DNA of 64,000 bases from Hyaloraphidium curvatum SAG 235-1 (taxonomy: Eukaryota > Fungi > Monoblepharomycota). The notes beneath the pieces were generated by a model. It had not been told where the DNA came from. It made no database searches and worked only from the letters and a program-made list of their open reading frames with translations. The first letter of the stretch is position 1. Every line of letters starts with the position of its first letter. The stretch lies in contig JAIVFI010000016.1 in the NCBI GenBank assembly GCA_025558095.1, positions 496,001 through 560,000 of the forward strand, given 5' to 3'. The translations under genes and the position numbers were made by a program. Of the stretch, positions 58,939 through 64,000 are shown piece by piece.

Positions 58939-59028
58939 CTAGATCTTGTGAGAGAGGATTCAATGCAGTGCGCGTGTCCTCGATAAGTGAGCAAAGCTTC
59001 AGATTCAAGCCATTCCATGTACAGAGCA

Positions 59029-62000
59029 TCATTCTCCAAACTTCATCTGCAGATCCATCGTCCATGTAAGCGGGTGCATGTCTGCCCGCGCGTCTCCGGG
59101 CCCCAGGAAACCAAAGTCAAGCCCGCCCGTCGCAGGGTCCCCGGGCACCGCGACCGAGTCGGGTGCCACTTGGACCACATCGCCGCTGCACGTGATGACG
59201 GCGTACCCCGTCCCCTTCACGTTCTCGCTGAAGACGGCGTGGTCGACCCGGAAAGCGAGCACCGCGTTGCCACCGAGGGCGGCGCTGTGGGCCCTGACCA
59301 CGGCCAGCATCTCGCCAAAGAACCCGTGAACAAAGCCTCCCATGCCCTTGCTCTGGTCCGTCGCGTCGTACTCGAGGTACGACTCCTTGACAAAGTGGAA
59401 CGAAAGCACGCCCAAGTACCGCACCACTCGGCAGCCAGGGATGTGCGAGAGAGGCGTAATCTCAACGAAGCGGACAGGCGGAGCGGATTGGATCACCGCG
59501 TTGTCGGCGGCCCAGGTCCCTGTGCGACCAAGCGTGTCGCCTCCAGCCGCCAGCGACATGGGCACCGGCGTCGTCGTGCCGCTCGGCCGTTCTCCCTGAC
59601 CTTCCACAGTCAGGAACTGTAGGACCTGGGGAGCATCGCCCGTCGAGTCGCCCCGGCCCCTCGGGGAGCCGCTGTCGGATCCCGAACGAGGCGTGGGGCC
59701 GTTGCTGCCGAAAGAGTGCGCTCCCTTATCCCCAACGCCGGCCAAGGCAAGGTCGACCATTCTGTCAAACTCCTCCCGGGTGTCCGAGCCCACGCTGTCG
59801 GGCAAGCTGTCCGGATTCTTGCCGTTCTCGGCCCCAGGGCTGTCGCTCTCTTCCTTGGGGATCGGAGGCAGGGATTTGAGGAGGCTCGAACTCGAGAGGA
59901 AGAGGTCAAGCTGACTGGCGAGCCTGCTTTCGGGGAGGTGCATCGCCTGCCCCACCACGCTCGCCGTGAGGCGGATGTAGACCTCGTAGTCGTCCAGCAC
60001 CTGCACGTCGTGCTCGATGCCGAGCACGGCACACGGCTGCATGTAAGAGAGCCGAAAGGCCAGCTCCTCGTACATCTCGCGGAAGAGCGCCGCGAGCTGA
60101 CGGTTCGGATGGTGCGAGGCAATCGCAATGATGCCCTGCCGAACCACGACAATGAATTGCGAGTTGGCATTGCGCGTGACCTTCAGGTGCGCGAGGCGGG
60201 GAGGGAGGGACTCGATGCTCAAGAGCTGGAAAGCATCCGAGAAGCGGCGGTCCAAAAGCACTGCCATCTGTGGGATGACCATAGTCAGCGGCGAACCCCG
60301 ATTTCGATTGTAGACGGCTCACCAAATCCTCGTCCGTATCATCGTCAATCTGCACGATGACGGACGACTGAATAACCGGTACGGTCCTCGCGTCATTCGC
60401 GCTTCCCCATGAGCCCCGTCGCCTTCTGCGCCCCTCGTCGCCCGAGTCCGAATCCGCGGAATCGGAGCCCGATGCCGCCGTCCCGTCATACGTCGCCGTG
60501 TCCTCGTAGACCGAGCCACCGGTGCCGTTCTGCTCGCCTTCCTCCTCTGCAGCCTTCGCCCTCCTGGCTGCTGCCTGCGCCAGCGAGCGCGACAGCTCGG
60601 CCTCGATTACGCGCCGGTTGTCCTCGCTCAGCTGCACGATGCGCTCCTGGATCTCGAGCAGCTTGCGGTCCTCCTCGTCGATGACGCCCAGGTTGCGAGC
60701 AATCTTGAGGGCCGCGGGGAGCGGCAGAGCCTTGAGGTACATGCCGGTGCCGACGGCGGTGGCAACGATCAGGTTGTCGCCGACGGAGAGCTGGAACTTG
60801 AGCCCAAAGATGGCGTTCATCCCGTAGATGCGCAGCTTGTAGATGAGCTGCCTGTGGATGTCGTACTGCACGAACGGGAGGGCGTCGCTGACAATCTCGG
60901 CATCCTGCTCGCCCTCTGCCCGCTTCTTCTGCCGGCACACGTGCGCCTCGATAAGCACAGTCTGGTCCAAAGTTTCGAGCTCCGCGGGAGGCTCCATGGT
61001 CGCGAGGATCATCTCGGGGACGTAGCGCCTTCCGCACCGGCCGCACTTGGTAAAAGTCATCGGGAAAGGGGTCGCGTGGCGGTTGTACGAGATGTGACAA
61101 ATGCTGCAAGCTGAGTGCAAAGGTTAGTGCTTGGAATAGAGCAAGAGGCGCAGAGTCGGCCACGCACGTCTCTTTCGGCGGGCCCTCCGACGCCGGTCGA
61201 ACCCGACAGACGACGCGTTGGTCCCTTCCCTCGCCACCGACATGCCGTTGGGCGAGGACAGCCTCCTCCCGCCCATGCCCGAAGCCACCGACTCCCCATC
61301 GTCGGCGACCGGACTCGACGCGCCCGACCCGACCATCTGCCTGCCCCTCCATCTGGCCGGCTGCGGCTCCTCCGCCGCCAGCAAGGCCAGGTCCAAGTTG
61401 GCCGCGGTGCCGCTCGCCGTGAGCACGTACAGCTCGTCCGATATCGTCGTGGTCTCGGTGTACCCGACCACGTAGGAGCACCCCAGCGCGCGGGCGTGGC
61501 TCTCGATCTCGTCCCGGAGCTCGGTCCACCACGCGTCGCGGACTTCGTCCTCGTCGTCATCGGCCTCGATGAGCTTGACGCTGCGGGCCGTGACGAGGCC
61601 GCCGATGCTCGAGACGGCGCCGTTCGGGAACTTGGAAACCGTGACGAGGCGGCGGTCCGTGGAGAAGGCGCGGAGCTTCGGATTCAGAGCTACAGTGGCG
61701 GCGGTGGTTTGTCGGGCGACAGAATAGGGCTGCGGGGCGTTGTTTGGGAGCGCTGTGACAGGCGTGCTGGGCCGGAGAACGCTGCCCGGAACGCCCGGCG
61801 TGCTGTGGGCATCACCAGTCGACGGTGCAAGTTCCGCGGGCGACGGTTCAGGAACGGGGATGAGGAGCTTCTCCGACGGCCGGCTGGAAGTCCGCCCTTT
61901 GGGCTCGGGCTTTGCCAGCGCACCAGTGCTATCGGCGGATCCAGAAACAGGAGTTGAGGTCGTTATCTCGACGGCCGGTTTCGGGGTCCCGGAAGCCGTA

Positions 62001-63230
62001 GGCGGTACGGTAGCGGAAGCCGAGCTGGTCCTAGCATGGCGAGGTCGTGGTGCCTCCGGTGCGATCTCCTCATTGTTCGCCCCGTCCATGCCCGATTCCG
62101 AGGCAACGGTGCCCTGCAACTTGACCTCCGCGACCGGGTAAGGAACAGGAGTGGGTTGCGCTGCGGTGAGAAGCACGGCGGTCCCCTTGGCGCGGTAGGT
62201 GATGATGCGCTCGCTCTTCTCAAGGTCCAGATACTGCCGGAAGCCGACCACGGCGTTGCCGCCCATGGCAGCGACCCGCTTTCCCAATTGACGGCGGATG
62301 TGGCCCGAGAGCCGGAACAACAAGAGCTGTCGCGACTCGTTGGAGAAACGAGGGGTTCGGAAAGTGTCCCTGGAAAACCACCCCGGTTCAGAAAGTCGTC
62401 GAACAGAAGAATGATTCCGAAAACTCACGCCCAATGGTACTCCGGATCATCGTTCCAGTCCAGCAGTTCGACAAATCCGAGGACCTGGCTCACCCGGTAG
62501 TAGTAGCCGCCAGGGCCAGCGAACGCCTGGCCGGGATACACCATGATGTCGCCGTGGGTAGGCGACTCGGGCCCGATATCCGACGGCACCCTGATCACGT
62601 CCCTCCCGTCGTCGTCCATGGTCCCTCTCCGCTGGACCGGCGGGCCCGGCGGCGGGCAGGCCACCATGCTCGGCGTGCAGAAGTACTGAACGCCCGCCGA
62701 CGAGTCCCTGAACGGGTTCGAGTCCCCGAAAAATTGCAGCCTGATCTGCACGTTGATTTCGCCGCGCACGCCCAGCAGCGTGTCGACGATCGGCACCCAG
62801 CCCGAGATCTGCCCGGGGGACCCCCGCGCCGCCCCGGCCGTGCCCTCGTCCCACGCGGCCGTCAGCAGCGGGTTCAAATCGAAGAACACGAGGCCGATAA
62901 TGTCGTCCGACGTGATGACGTCCGAGTCGACGACGCGCAGTTCCAGCGGCTCGTTCTGGATCACCGAATCGTCCCCGACCTCGAAGCGGAAGTCCTCGTT
63001 CCACACGGGGTTCAGCGTGCGCCGCGCCGTCTCCGTCCGCTTCACGTCAAAGTCCGCCAGCCGCAGCTCGACGTACGCGTCCGTCAGCTCGGTCTGTGCG
63101 CGCAGCAGCAGCCGGGACGCGGGACGGAGTCAGACGCGTCAAGCGGCTCCGCGCGGTCGGGACGTACCCGGACGTCCATGATCGGCAGGTTCCGCGCCGC
63201 CGCGATCCGGACCTTGAGAATGGACGGCAT
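59029..63230 (-). CDS. C2CD5: C2 domain-containing protein 5 homolog (C2 + YbjQ-like repeats)
   Basis: MPSILKVRIAAARNLPIMD, LNPVWNEDFRFEV, MGGNAVVGFRQYLDLE, RDAWWTELRDEI, LGGNAVL; multiple introns. Confidence 0.88.
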
Positions 63231-63441
63231 CTTGGCCGTCCGTCGCCGGCGGCGGTCCGCAGAATCCCACCAACGCGGGGTCGAAGAGTTTGTTTAAACT
63301 CGAATCGGAAGCGGCAACAACTGGATCATCGCGTGGTTAGAACCTTAGCCACACCCGACGTCGGCGAATCGGAGCCGAACTTCCCGCGTTTCCGACCTCG
63401 CGAGCACCTCGTCTCCCCTTTCTTTCGTGAATCGAAACTCG

Positions 63442-64000
63442 ATGGCCCCTTACAAGCTGCTTTGGAGCCCGGGCTCGTGCGCTTCGGTCGTTCAGCTGGT
63501 CAGCAGACTCCAACGAATTGCGCCCTCCCGAGCTCACCGCACGTCTTGCAGTGCCTCGAAACCGTCGGCGCCGAGTACGAGTTCATTCCGAAAGATGAGC
63601 TCGCGAAGCTGTCGCCCTTGAAGCAGGTGGGGCCTGGCTTCGAGCCGTGGGAGACGGACGCTGATGTGCTTTCCCCTCTCCCCAACCGAAACCAGATCCC
63701 TGTCCTCATCCTCCCGGACGGCACGCTGATGACCGAGTCCGTGGCCATGATCCTCCGCCTGGACGATGACTTCCCCGGCAAGCTGCTCCCCGCCCGCGGC
63801 ACCCCCGAGCGCGCGCAGGCCTACCGCTGGCTGCTGTTCACCAACGTGGACCTCCACGAGACCGTGGGCAGGTGGTACTACGCCCAGCGATTCACCACCG
63901 GGGACCCCGCGGGGGTCAAGGAGGCCTGCCTGGCCCGGCTCGCCCAACTCTTCGAAGTCCTGGAGCAGAACGCGTTCCAGGGCGGCCCGTACGTCCTGGG
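63442..64000 (+). CDS. Glutathione S-transferase, truncated by the window end
   Basis: MAPYKLLWSPGSCA, QIPVLILPDGTLMTESVAM, ERAQAYRWLLF; introns present. Confidence 0.85.

Noticed and set aside
1-64000. Prokaryotic systems, CRISPR arrays, transposons, rRNA or tRNA genes
   Set aside because: The sequence is intron-rich eukaryotic DNA; I saw no spaced direct repeats, transposase/RT motifs or RNA-gene signatures by eye.

Overview
A gene-dense, very GC-rich eukaryotic window with short (~50-70 nt) spliceosomal introns (donors GTGCG/GTGAG/GTGGG, branch point CTGAC). It looks fungal, and the gene content (C2CD5, orphan MYND and F-box proteins, a 7TM-like family) suggests an early-diverging zoosporic lineage such as Monoblepharidomycetes; this placement is inference. 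I built about 33 protein-coding loci by hand from the ORF track plus splice signals, so exon borders are approximate. No rRNA, tRNA, CRISPR or transposon was recognised. Three things stand out. (1) A membrane-protein block at 15.9-25.1 kb holds two consecutive head-to-head pairs: two DUF2306-like genes, then two ABCG half-transporters arranged like ABCG5/ABCG8, with non-canonical signature and Q-loop motifs and large extracellular insertions. (2) Two paralogous multi-TM genes have a GR-like/DUF3537 (7TMIC)-type C-terminus and both are disabled by stops and frameshifts. (3) There is a three-module 18-Cys metallothionein and a secreted lipase with unusual Cys/Trp modules.
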